Shown here one piece after another: positions 46,397 through 55,849 of a stretch of 64,000 nucleotides of DNA. The position numbers and the translations under genes are program-made. The DNA is taken from IMG/VR virus record IMGVR_UViG_3300017971_007886, positions 1-64,000 of that record. The stretch is one strand, 5' to 3'. The notes beneath the pieces were generated by a model. That model was not told the DNA's origin and did no database searches. It worked only from the letters and a program-made list of their open reading frames with translations. The DNA is from a virus. Every line of letters begins with the position of its first letter. Position 1 is the first letter of the stretch.

Positions 46397-47061
46397 CCAA
46401 AGAAGAGAGCAAGTTGGTATTCTGTTCGTGTAGTGGTGGCCTCGATTCGAGCGTGATGGTCCAAAAGCTCGAAAATGAAGGGTACTACCCGATCCCCATC
46501 TTCATCGACTACGGCCAGAAGACGGCAATCGTCGAGTTCGACCGCCTTCGCCAGGTGTGGCCGAAGTGCAAACTCATTCGATTCGACCTCATGGGTGGCA
46601 TCCGGTGTTGGGCCACCAATCCGGGGGACCAGTTCATCCCCACCCCGAAGCGTGAACGCGATTTGATGTTCATCCCTGGCAGGAACATCTTCTTCCTGAC
46701 GAGGCTGGCCGTCGAGGCGTACTACTTCCACGCCCATTACCTCGCACTCGGGAACAACACCGATGACCTCACATGCGGAGACTGCAAGCCTCCGTTCTTG
46801 GAGTCGATGGCCAAGTCCCTCACTCTCGGCATGTCCACCCGTGATGCGGGCGAGTACGAGTACGAGATCCTTCAACCCTTTGGTGACATGAGCAAAGCCG
46901 ACATCGTTCGGTACGGCCATGACCACGGGGTAGCCATCGAGAAAACATGGAGTTGTTACGATTTCCAAGAGAAGCATTGTGGGGTATGCTGGAACTGTGT
47001 GGAAAGGAAGCACGCCTTTGAGAAGGCGGGCGTTGAAGACAAGACAGGCTACATAGAGTAG
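46393..47061 (+). CDS. queC: 7-cyano-7-deazaguanine synthase (paralogue 2, closer to canonical)
   Basis: SGGLDS, DYGQ, FIPGRNIFF, DCKPPF, TWSCY..HCGVCWNCVER. Confidence 0.88.
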   Translation: MTKEESKLVFCSCSGGLDSSVMVQKLENEGYYPIPIFIDYGQKTAIVEFDRLRQVWPKCKLIRFDLMGGIRCWATNPGDQFIPTPKRERDLMFIPGRNIFFLTRLAVEAYYFHAHYLALGNNTDDLTCGDCKPPFLESMAKSLTLGMSTRDAGEYEYEILQPFGDMSKADIVRYGHDHGVAIEKTWSCYDFQEKHCGVCWNCVERKHAFEKAGVEDKTGYIE

Positions 47062-47083
47062 CCGACCAAAAGGAGATGAAGCG

Positions 47084-47350
47084 ATGGCGAATCTACTGGA
47101 TGATCCTCGCGGCTTTCACCGTCCGATGTCGAGAGCTGTCATCGACAAGTTGGTCTCAGCCCTAACGGGCTCGACTCCTACTGTTGTGGCAAAGGACTTT
47201 CGGTTCCCGTTGAATCGGGAGTCAGCGGACAAGATTGCCGCAGCAATCAACAGCGTGGACACCTCGGGTGAACCCGCGATCACTCGGAAGCAGCTCCATG
47301 ACCCGTGGTCACGGAAGAACATCGAGCGGCTGAAGAAGGTAGTCATCTAA
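47084..47350 (+). CDS. hypothetical protein
   Basis: AAGGAG RBS. Confidence 0.55.
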   Translation: MANLLDDPRGFHRPMSRAVIDKLVSALTGSTPTVVAKDFRFPLNRESADKIAAAINSVDTSGEPAITRKQLHDPWSRKNIERLKKVVI

Positions 47351-47361
47351 GGAGGTGCCCG

Positions 47362-48030
47362 ATGAACCAAACACCCAAGGGCTTGACCCATCTTGGAATC
47401 AAGCGTGACTCGTTGGGCGGTATCACTCGGGACACCTCTGCTCAAGTTCTGAGCCCACTGAAGCCCCTCGGAACTCCAGCTCGTGTTCGGGACAGTGACC
47501 CCACCCCGCCGCCGCCAGCGGTCTTGGCTACGATTGCCGAGGCCACTCGCACTGGGGGTGGAGAGGTGCCGACACCAAAGCCCGACACGTCCAAACTCAC
47601 CAAGGCAGACCTGGCCGTCAAACCCATCGCCTCTCACAAAGACACGAAGGCTCCGGTCTCGGCCAAGGAGATGCCAAAGGTGGAGGGCAAGAAGGTTTGG
47701 CGGAACCAGTACGGTGTTGGGTACTCCGACACCAACTCTTCGCACGGTAGACGTGCGGAGGGATGTGTTCCAGGTGGTCGTCACGATGGCAAAGGACCAG
47801 AGCGTGGTGGCGAGGGAATGGGCGGCCCGTCTCACGGGCGTACACCGGGAATCCGGCGAGCGTTGAAGGCCCTGGCCAAGAAGAAGCGTGCGAACAAGAA
47901 GCGCATCGCCAAAGGTCAGAAGCCGATAATCGCCGGTAAGAAGGTGACGGCCAAACAGTTCGCAGCCAAGACGAGTACCACTGTCGCGGCTGTGAAGAAG
48001 ACCATCAAACGTCAACGAAAGAAGAGGTAG
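47362..48030 (+). CDS. disordered basic protein
   Basis: AAGGAGGT RBS; K/R-rich C-terminus. Confidence 0.55.
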   Translation: MNQTPKGLTHLGIKRDSLGGITRDTSAQVLSPLKPLGTPARVRDSDPTPPPPAVLATIAEATRTGGGEVPTPKPDTSKLTKADLAVKPIASHKDTKAPVSAKEMPKVEGKKVWRNQYGVGYSDTNSSHGRRAEGCVPGGRHDGKGPERGGEGMGGPSHGRTPGIRRALKALAKKKRANKKRIAKGQKPIIAGKKVTAKQFAAKTSTTVAAVKKTIKRQRKKR

Positions 48031-48033
48031 AAC

Positions 48034-48333
48034 ATGGCATGGGCACCAGGCGGTTCCATCCCCTCGGGAGCGCGGGGCGGATTCAGAACCACAGTCAAGA
48101 CGATCAGCACCATGATCGACAGAGGCCGGAAGCGGATCTCTGCGAGCATGGAAGCCCTCAACATGGGGAAGGCGTCGGCGTGTACCACTCGGATCACGCC
48201 TGCCGAGAAGGATGCACCACCCGCGTTGCCGGGTAGTGGCGAGTACCAACCTCAACAGATGCAGACCCTACCGGGTACTGACATCAGGAACTTCGACCGC
48301 AGTTCTCGTGCGAAGACTGGAAAGGTGGGATGA
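48034..48333 (+). CDS. hypothetical protein
   Basis: GAGGT RBS. Confidence 0.5.
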   Translation: MAWAPGGSIPSGARGGFRTTVKTISTMIDRGRKRISASMEALNMGKASACTTRITPAEKDAPPALPGSGEYQPQQMQTLPGTDIRNFDRSSRAKTGKVG

Positions 48334-48334
48334 T

Positions 48335-48553
48335 ATGGCCATCTCAAATGACCAGCTCGACAACTGGTTCACGTACCACAAGCCAGGCCCAGGCGACGAA
48401 GCGAAGTACGAAACGATGCGGGCAGCGGGACGTGCCCTCGCCCAGGCCATCGTGGACAACACGCCTGAGTCAGCCGATCAAACCGCAGCCGTCCGAAAAG
48501 TGAGGGAAGCGGTGATGACCGCGAACTCAGCTCTGGCGTGTAGCGGGAGGTAG
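48335..48553 (+). CDS. Acb2/Tad1-like helical-hairpin protein (candidate signal sponge)
   Basis: LDNWFTYH.P...KYE.MR...AAVRKVREAVMTANSALA. Confidence 0.6.
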   Translation: MAISNDQLDNWFTYHKPGPGDEAKYETMRAAGRALAQAIVDNTPESADQTAAVRKVREAVMTANSALACSGR

Positions 48554-48555
48554 CC

Positions 48556-48858
48556 ATGTCGATCCAATCGGAGGTGGCAGACTTCGCCACTGGAAAGACG
48601 GACTCTTACCACTTCAATGCAGTGGCGGATTACGTTCGTCTCACGATCCCAGACGCGGAGGACAAGGACATCCGAAGTGCGTGCATCGTGGAACTCAGAC
48701 CTCTGGGGAATGATTGGTTCTGTACCGGCAAGCAGTTGCCGTCACCGACCCTTTACCAGATGAAGTCGGCAATGGGAGACTTCATCGACGACCCCAGCGA
48801 GGCAAACGAGGCGGCCCTTGTTGCCTTGATTGCCCAATACCAAACGGAGAACCCGTAG
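48556..48858 (+). CDS. hypothetical protein
   Basis: GGAGGT RBS. Confidence 0.5.
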   Translation: MSIQSEVADFATGKTDSYHFNAVADYVRLTIPDAEDKDIRSACIVELRPLGNDWFCTGKQLPSPTLYQMKSAMGDFIDDPSEANEAALVALIAQYQTENP

Positions 48859-49311
48859 TGCATCGAGTACGATACTACAACCAACTGATCGAGCCCTCGT
48901 ACTTCCGGGGGCTTCGTGGTTTTTGGATTCGTGTACTCAACCGAATACGAATGATGATCGAGTTTCGCGTTGCGAAGCATGTTCTAAAGTACCTCGCGAA
49001 GGAGGACGGTCACAGTCGGCCAAGACTCAACACGCTTCTGAAAGAGTTCAGACAAGACGTGAAAGAAGAGAAGGAGTTGTTGAGGCAAGAGCCCTCTGCG
49101 ACAGTCTCCTCCTTCGACGGGGAACAACCCGCATCATCAGCCGCCGAGAAGATCGGTTCTCGTCGCGGTACGGAAGCAGCCTTGGCTCGTCTCATGGCGG
49201 GTCCACGGTCAAAGCGGTACACGAAGCAACGTGACCGCCATACCTTTTTGGACCTTGAAGGTGACTTCGAGGCTGTGGATGATGTAGAAGTCCCAACTAT
49301 GGAGGTGAGCT

Positions 49312-49641
49312 ATGCCCGAGACGAATCCCCAAGACAACATTGATCTGGAAATCCCAAACGACGAGCAGGCGGTAGAAGAGGCCCCTGCCCAAGAAGAGCC
49401 CGTGGAGGCCCCCGCAGAGGAGGCCCCTGCCGAAGACGCGCCCCCGCCCGAGCAAGCGCCTGAAGAGGCCCCACCGGAGCCCCAGGACGCCTTGCCAGAG
49501 CCCCCGCCAGGACTGCCGAGGCCGATGTCTGGTCATGCCCAGCCCGCAGCAGGCAACGCGGGGTTCGTTGGCGGTACAATGGGCGTCATGTCCGTACCGG
49601 CAGACGCGATGATGAACCAAAACCCACGGTTCAAAAGGTAG
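49312..49641 (+). CDS. Pro/Glu-rich disordered protein
   Basis: GGAGGT RBS; EEAPAE repeats. Confidence 0.55.
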   Translation: MPETNPQDNIDLEIPNDEQAVEEAPAQEEPVEAPAEEAPAEDAPPPEQAPEEAPPEPQDALPEPPPGLPRPMSGHAQPAAGNAGFVGGTMGVMSVPADAMMNQNPRFKR

Positions 49642-49647
49642 TCGATC

Positions 49648-51750
49648 ATGGCAATGACGTTCTTCGCGGACTCCTCCGGTGCGACAGGAGGAGCAGTACC
49701 CTTTCAGAGGGTGATCGACCCCTCGAAGTTGGGGATGTACCTCAACCTTGAGCAGGCCGAACTCCTTCGACTCCAGAGATACCGTCAACACTGGCGGTTC
49801 TACTACAACAAGCACTGGGACTTCGCCCGCGAGGACGGTGACCCGCTCGTCACGTTCAACTACTTCAAGAAGATCATCGACAAAGGTGCTGCTTTCCTCA
49901 TCTCGCGAGGGTTCAACATCAAGGTACCGGAGCCCTTAGCCGGGTACACGGCACCTTTCCTTCGCGAGGTGTGGAAGAAGAACAACGGTGGCAGGTTCAT
50001 TTGGGACATGGCCCTCATGGGCGGTGTCACAGGTGATTGCTTCATCTTGGTCACGTACCAACAGCCCACACCGTTGGAGAAGCGCATCTTCCCGTTCGCC
50101 CAAGGTAGGATCGTTCTGAACCTACTCGGTAGCGAACAGGTCTTCCCCGACTTCAACCCGCTCAACAAAGAAGAGATGCGGTCGGTGCGGATTGAGACTC
50201 TGTACTATGACGCACGAGCGGTGTCCGAGGTCGGGAAAGAGGACCGCAGTTCCGAAGGCCGCCAGTTGAACATTCGGCGGTACACCCAGATCATCACACC
50301 GACCACCATCACCGAGCACCTTCAAGGTGAGGAGCCTCGGATTCGTGAGAACGTGCTGGGTGAGATTCCTCTCGTCCACATCAAGAACCTTCCGGCACCC
50401 AACGAGCCCTACGGTCTCCCCGATTGTCTCGAAGTGATTGACGTACAGCGAGAGCTGAACGAGAAGGCGACCGACGTGTCCGACGTTGTGAACTACAACG
50501 CGGCTCCCATCACCGTCATCACAGGTGCCAAGGCCAAACAGCTCGAACGTGGTCCTCGACAGATTTGGTCGGGCCTTCCCGAGCGTGCGAGCGTGTTCAA
50601 CCTCAAGCTGGAGGGAGACCTCGGAGCGGCCAAAGAGTACATCGACATGGTGAAGGAAGTGATGCTGGAGTTGTCGGACACTCCCGAGGGTTCGCTTGGG
50701 AAGATGATGCCGATCTCCAACACAGCCGGTGTAGCCCTTCACATGCAGTTCGGTCCTCTCATGGAGAAGACCATCAAGAAGCGGGCACAGTACCAGCCCG
50801 GTCTTGAGAGGGTGAACTACTTCATCCTTCGCATCGGCCACGTACTCGGTATGATCGATCTCCCGTTCGACATCGACAAGCTGACAGGCGGGAAGATCGC
50901 CTTGGTGAAGACCAAGGATGGGGAAGCGTCATTGCCTCGTGCATACCAGATGAACCCAGCCAACTTCGACTTCCTGGCCCCGATGGACATGCGGCTCAAG
51001 TTCCTTCGCGAGTACAGCTTCGGGAAGGAGATTCGAGAGGAGCCGTATTGGAAGATCGTGGCCGAGCATCGCGGCGTGTCCAGGTCGTTCTGGGATGTCG
51101 AGCCCGAGTCCACGATTGAGAAGAAGGCAGAGAAGAAGCGGTCGGAAGAGAACGCCCAGGCAGCCGAGAACAACAAGGCCGTCGCCCCATCCAAGGAGGG
51201 GGTCAAGCCCGGAGTCGCCAAGCAGCTCCCCAAAGAGGTGGAGCCTGGAAAGATTCCGACCTCTCAGATCGACATTCCGCCCGAGCCAGAACGTGCTACC
51301 ATTGTAGTGCGGAAGTACGATTCCAAGACAGGGCACCTTGTTGACGAGGAGGAAGTGACGAGAGACCTGGTTCCATGCAGTACGTCACTCGAACGAGTGG
51401 AGTACCTGAATCCATACGACAGCGAGATCGCCTTCAATGATCCGCTGCCGAAGGATGTCCACCTCCAAGCCCAACTCTACAAGCAGTACAAAGAGATGGG
51501 GATCGTATCGAAGCAGTGGATTCAAGAACACATCCCAGAGATTGCCCCCTACATTGCCGAGATCGAGAAGCAACTCGAACGGGAAGCCTCGATCAGTCCT
51601 GCCCCAGACATCGCCAGCCCTGCGGAGACCGAGTTGCAGGGTGACGAGGACGCCCGTGGTGCGAAGGCAGCAAGCCACCCGCCCTCTGGGAAAGAGACCC
51701 AAGGGGACATGGGCATGAAAGAGCGCGGGTTGAACACCGGGCGTTCATAG
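49648..51750 (+). CDS. portal protein (SPP1 gp6-like) with insertion
   Basis: FNYFKKIIDK, GEIPLVHIKN, SNTAGVAL, DPLPKD; position in head module. Confidence 0.85.
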   Translation: MAMTFFADSSGATGGAVPFQRVIDPSKLGMYLNLEQAELLRLQRYRQHWRFYYNKHWDFAREDGDPLVTFNYFKKIIDKGAAFLISRGFNIKVPEPLAGYTAPFLREVWKKNNGGRFIWDMALMGGVTGDCFILVTYQQPTPLEKRIFPFAQGRIVLNLLGSEQVFPDFNPLNKEEMRSVRIETLYYDARAVSEVGKEDRSSEGRQLNIRRYTQIITPTTITEHLQGEEPRIRENVLGEIPLVHIKNLPAPNEPYGLPDCLEVIDVQRELNEKATDVSDVVNYNAAPITVITGAKAKQLERGPRQIWSGLPERASVFNLKLEGDLGAAKEYIDMVKEVMLELSDTPEGSLGKMMPISNTAGVALHMQFGPLMEKTIKKRAQYQPGLERVNYFILRIGHVLGMIDLPFDIDKLTGGKIALVKTKDGEASLPRAYQMNPANFDFLAPMDMRLKFLREYSFGKEIREEPYWKIVAEHRGVSRSFWDVEPESTIEKKAEKKRSEENAQAAENNKAVAPSKEGVKPGVAKQLPKEVEPGKIPTSQIDIPPEPERATIVVRKYDSKTGHLVDEEEVTRDLVPCSTSLERVEYLNPYDSEIAFNDPLPKDVHLQAQLYKQYKEMGIVSKQWIQEHIPEIAPYIAEIEKQLEREASISPAPDIASPAETELQGDEDARGAKAASHPPSGKETQGDMGMKERGLNTGRS

Positions 51751-51759
51751 GAGTAGGCA

Positions 51760-51924
51760 ATGAAGAAGACAAAGAACACGGAGTCAGTCGGAAAGAAGGG
51801 TATGGCAATGGGCCATGCCTGTGGGATGACCCACGGGTCGTGCGGTACAACTCCGCACGGATGCGGTCTGACCAAGCCCATGTCTCATGGATGTTCTGGC
51901 GGTAAGAAGAAGCCCAAGAAGTGA
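51760..51924 (+). CDS. 54-aa His/Cys/Gly repeat peptide
   Basis: AGGAG RBS; MKKTKNTESVGKKGMAMGHACGMTHGSCGTTPHGCGLTKPMSHGCSGGKKKPKK. Confidence 0.6.
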   Translation: MKKTKNTESVGKKGMAMGHACGMTHGSCGTTPHGCGLTKPMSHGCSGGKKKPKK

Positions 51925-51927
51925 AGC

Positions 51928-52266
51928 ATGGCCACGAAGCGCGAGTCTACTCTTAGCCCCTGGATTACTGGCACACGAGTTCACCATAAACAGGTGGACG
52001 GGATCGCCGGTAGGGGAGAGCGACGACGCAACCGTGACGTGATCTATCGGGGTGGTACCGCCGAGCGTGTGGACATTCCTGAACTGCAAGATCATCTTCT
52101 ACTCAACAAGGGGTACCTGCCGAAGTACAGCGGGATACCTCTTGCGGAGTTGCTTCGATCCCAGATGAAGGCGAAAGGTGTTCCGAAGAAGGAGCAACAA
52201 CGGATCATCAAGAACGCCAAAGCCCGTCAGAGGTATTGGGACAAGAAGCGGGAGGGCAACGAATGA
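51928..52266 (+). CDS. basic hypothetical protein
   Basis: 112 aa ORF in head module. Confidence 0.5.
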   Translation: MATKRESTLSPWITGTRVHHKQVDGIAGRGERRRNRDVIYRGGTAERVDIPELQDHLLLNKGYLPKYSGIPLAELLRSQMKAKGVPKKEQQRIIKNAKARQRYWDKKREGNE

Positions 52267-52691
52267 GGGGACTCACTCACGAGATGCTGTCCGTCTTCGG
52301 TTCCGGTCGAGGTCACGCAACACCTCAACCGTCTCAGCCGAAAACAAACAACGGACCACCATCTCCTGTTCATGGCCGTGCAGCTCCAACGCCTGCGAAG
52401 AAGAAGCCCCGATCATCTTGGTACGTCACCAAGGGTGGCAGACGGAAGTTTGGGAATCCAGGTCGTGGGAGCAAGAAGTTGAAGATTCAATCCGAGGCCC
52501 AACACAGGTTCTTCGCAGTCGCCCGACAGGGTGGTGTTCCGGGGTTCGACCCGGAGAAGGCCAAGGCCGCGATGCGACAGCGGAAGGGTCTCAAGCTACC
52601 TCAGTATGTGAAGTTGGGGTACAAGGCGTCAAAGAAGAGAGTCGCTGCCCACAAAGCGAAGCAGCGAAAAAAGTACCCCCACCTGTCGTAG
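52263..52691 (+). CDS. basic hypothetical protein
   Basis: ATGA-coupled; K/R-rich; QSEAQHRFF. Confidence 0.5.
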   Translation: MRGLTHEMLSVFGSGRGHATPQPSQPKTNNGPPSPVHGRAAPTPAKKKPRSSWYVTKGGRRKFGNPGRGSKKLKIQSEAQHRFFAVARQGGVPGFDPEKAKAAMRQRKGLKLPQYVKLGYKASKKRVAAHKAKQRKKYPHLS

Positions 52692-52789
52692 GGAGGGGGT
52701 TGAGGAGTATAATGTAGGTTGTCCTACCTGATGGTCAGGTGGTACAACCTTCTTGCTTACCGGGCGATTGTCGCTCAAAGGAGAAAACC

Positions 52790-53098
52790 ATGAAGGACAC
52801 AACGAAGTTTGCCGGTTCGGCAGGCGGCGGTCGCTATCAGGATGCCGGGGTCGGTAATTCTGAGAGCACCAACGTCGATGCCACCATTCCGGGGAAGTTC
52901 CCGAGTGGCAACACTGGGGAAGGCCGAAGCCAGGGTGAGACCTCTGGTGCCGGTTCGATCTACGCAGCGGGACTCACCGAGCGCCCGAACGTGTCGAACA
53001 CCCGCAACCTCGGACCTGACAGAGCCCCAAGTCGTTCGGGCTCGACGGCCATTCCGGTCGCCAATGTCGGTTCTCGAAAGACAGGAAAGTTGGGCTAA
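52790..53098 (+). CDS. Gly/Ser/Thr-rich disordered protein
   Basis: AAGGAG RBS. Confidence 0.55.
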   Translation: MKDTTKFAGSAGGGRYQDAGVGNSESTNVDATIPGKFPSGNTGEGRSQGETSGAGSIYAAGLTERPNVSNTRNLGPDRAPSRSGSTAIPVANVGSRKTGKLG

Positions 53099-53125
53099 CA
53101 CCCAACCCTGAAAGGAGAGACCGAC

Positions 53126-54331
53126 ATGCCAGCGACCGCAAACCCAAATAATGCCCAAGCCACAGTTACGCCGGTAGTGACCCCTCAACCAGGTCAACCA
53201 ACAACCCCGGCACCAGCACAGACCCAAACACCTGCCCAAGATCCGGCCCAAGCCCCCTCGAACAATCCCCCACAGGATGCGGCGTTGACCGCGCCTGACA
53301 ACGTGGTGGCGATGATCGAGAAGGCACGTCAGGACGAAAAGGCGAAGCTCTATGGTACCCTCGAAAAGGTGAAGGCCGACGCGAAAGCGAACGCCGAAGC
53401 CCTCGAAGCGGCCAACACGAAGCTGAAGGAGATGGAGGTCATTGCGAACAAAGACCTCACAGCCGATCAGCGAGTTGAGGCAAGGATAACTGCCCTACAG
53501 GAGCAAATCGCCTCAGAGAAGAAGGCACGAGAGGAAGACGCGAAGAGACACACGGAGGAGAACCGTCGTATCGAACTGGACTCGTACAAGCATCGCCGCC
53601 TCGCAGAGGTTGGTGTTGCCAATCTGATTCCAGAGTTCGTTGGCGGGGATTCGCCAGAGGCCATCGACGCATCCATTCTCGTGGCGCAAGCGGAGTACCA
53701 ACGTTTGCGACAGAAGATGTTCCAAGAGTTCGCGGCTGAACACGGGACACAAGGTACTGGCGATGTACCCTCTTCGGTGGGTGGATCTCCTGTTACTCCA
53801 AGCCCGCATTTCACCCCGAATGAGGCGGTAGGATTTCCATCGCAGGTTAATCCGATGCCTGTCGCGGAACAGTCGATTGACATGAACACGCTCGCCAACA
53901 TGACCAGTGAAGAGGCAGTAAGGTCTGGGGCCTATGAGCAGGTTCGAGGACAACTTCTCAGCAATCTCAAACAAGCCGCTGGTTCAATGGGTGGTACACC
54001 TCTTGGCTCTGCCCCGAGACACATGGCGGTTCCCTCAAACGTTCCTCACGTCGAAGGTCCGAATGGCGTCATGCAGCCTACCGGTTACCCAACGGGTCCG
54101 GTACACCCTGCTTCCGTCCAACCTGGCCGAGCCGCGCCGAACGTTGGAGGACAACCGACAGACCCTCGGGCGGCTGCTATTGAGGCGGTCAACCGAACCA
54201 ATGCGGGACAGAATCCGCTGATGAACCAACAACCAGGTGGTGCCCCAACGGGACCAACACCACAGGGCGATGCGGGTGCAGCAGCGGCGGCGTTCCAGCA
54301 GAGGTTCACCCCGACACCACCGCTTCGGTAG
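53126..54331 (+). CDS. capsid scaffolding protein
   Basis: Coiled coil (IEKARQDEKAKLY) and Pro-rich tail immediately before MCP. Confidence 0.75.
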   Translation: MPATANPNNAQATVTPVVTPQPGQPTTPAPAQTQTPAQDPAQAPSNNPPQDAALTAPDNVVAMIEKARQDEKAKLYGTLEKVKADAKANAEALEAANTKLKEMEVIANKDLTADQRVEARITALQEQIASEKKAREEDAKRHTEENRRIELDSYKHRRLAEVGVANLIPEFVGGDSPEAIDASILVAQAEYQRLRQKMFQEFAAEHGTQGTGDVPSSVGGSPVTPSPHFTPNEAVGFPSQVNPMPVAEQSIDMNTLANMTSEEAVRSGAYEQVRGQLLSNLKQAAGSMGGTPLGSAPRHMAVPSNVPHVEGPNGVMQPTGYPTGPVHPASVQPGRAAPNVGGQPTDPRAAAIEAVNRTNAGQNPLMNQQPGGAPTGPTPQGDAGAAAAAFQQRFTPTPPLR

Positions 54332-54406
54332 ATAGGGAGAGCTGGGAAACACAACCTGCGTTTTGGAAAGAGAAACCTTTTGCAACTCATCTAGGAGGAA
54401 TTTGAA

Positions 54407-55387
54407 ATGCCATCAGTTCTCAACACAGCCGTACAGTCGGGTGCGGGCTTCAATCAGATCGTCCAAGCGACGCGGGACGTGTTCTCAGCGGAAATCTGGT
54501 TCGCAGCTCTCCCCATCCTGAAGTTCGACCAATTCTCCACCAAGAAGACCGAGCTGGGTGTCCAACCTGGTCGAGTCATCCAACTGCCCCGCTATGGAAA
54601 CATCAAGCGTGGTGGTCGGTTGACCGAAGGAAAGCGCCTGGAGACTCGCGGCATGTCCATGAGCCTTCAGTCGATCTCCGTGGCCGAGGAAGGCAACGCC
54701 ATCGGTTTCTCGGAGTTCTTGCTCCAGACCTCGTTCTACGATCAGATGAGCGCCGCGTCGCTCCTCCTAGGTCGTGACATGGCCCTGGTTCTGGACTCCG
54801 AGCTTCGTGACACGGTGAAACTCGGTACCAACGTGGTGTACGGTGGTGGGCAGACCGCCCGTGCCAACGTCACCTCTGCGGACGTGTTTGACACCCGCGC
54901 CATCAAGGATGCAGTCGAGGTACTGGAAACCAACAACGCTCCCAAGTGGGCGGGCGACCACTACATCTGCTTCATCCACCCCCATCAGGCCCGTGGTCTG
55001 CGTGACGACAATGACTGGATCAACGCCAGTCTGTATGCCGGTGCCACGCAAATCTACACTGGTGAGATCGGGCGGTACGAGGACGTTCGTTTCGTCAGCA
55101 CCACCGTCATGCCGAATGGTGCGAACAGCGCCATCGACCCCGAGACCGGGGACTACGTGGACGTTGGCTATGACGCCAACCTCGACGGAGCCGGTTCGGG
55201 CGGCATCGACATCTACCAAGCCGTGTTCTTCGGTGAGTATGCGTTCGGTCATGCGACCGCGCTGCCCGTCGAGTTGCGCGACAATGGCGTCGAGGACTAC
55301 GGACGTGAGCACGGTCTCGCGTGGTACTCCATCTGGGGCCAGTCGGTGCTGGAGAACTCGAACATCGTGGTGGCCGAGACTGCGTAA
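54407..55387 (+). CDS. major capsid protein (N4 gp56-like)
   Basis: KTELGVQPG, EEGNAI, YICFIHPHQ, GEIGRYEDVRF, DYGREHGLAWY. Confidence 0.92.
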   Translation: MPSVLNTAVQSGAGFNQIVQATRDVFSAEIWFAALPILKFDQFSTKKTELGVQPGRVIQLPRYGNIKRGGRLTEGKRLETRGMSMSLQSISVAEEGNAIGFSEFLLQTSFYDQMSAASLLLGRDMALVLDSELRDTVKLGTNVVYGGGQTARANVTSADVFDTRAIKDAVEVLETNNAPKWAGDHYICFIHPHQARGLRDDNDWINASLYAGATQIYTGEIGRYEDVRFVSTTVMPNGANSAIDPETGDYVDVGYDANLDGAGSGGIDIYQAVFFGEYAFGHATALPVELRDNGVEDYGREHGLAWYSIWGQSVLENSNIVVAETA

Positions 55388-55454
55388 GCAGTACGCGGAG
55401 ACCGAGAAACGTAACCGTTCATTGAGGGCCTAGAGCCCTCGGAGGATTTGAACC

Positions 55455-55808
55455 ATGACAGCAAGTTTCGTACCCCACGGCTTGAACGAGGAAAACCTCG
55501 TTGTCGTCGAGGAAACCATCGCAGGACCGATTGCCGATGCGGCCAACGCGGTCCTCACTCTCCCAGAAGATCAACTCGGCAAGGGTCTCATCCCTGTCGG
55601 TTGGAACGCCGCCGTCGAGAGCGGTGGACCGGCTGCGGTCGGTGCCCGTACCTGGACGTTGTACCCCAGCGAAGCCGCTGCCGGTACCGGGTTCCAACCG
55701 GTGTCGTACAACGAGGCCACTGGTGAGCTGACCCTCGCCAACCAGACAGGCGGCCCGTTGTCCAACATCAAGATCACCGCTTTGTTCGTGCCTGCGGGCG
55801 CGATCTAA
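55455..55808 (+). CDS. putative head decoration protein
   Basis: Small beta-rich ORF directly after MCP. Confidence 0.5.
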   Translation: MTASFVPHGLNEENLVVVEETIAGPIADAANAVLTLPEDQLGKGLIPVGWNAAVESGGPAAVGARTWTLYPSEAAAGTGFQPVSYNEATGELTLANQTGGPLSNIKITALFVPAGAI

Positions 55809-55849
55809 GCCTCAACCCGAGTCTTTGACAGACCCGATGAAAGGAGGCA

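Noticed and set aside
8173-51750. Inteins or introns in polA, recA, terL or portal
   Set aside because: ORFs are continuous, and no intein splice-junction or homing-endonuclease motifs were seen.
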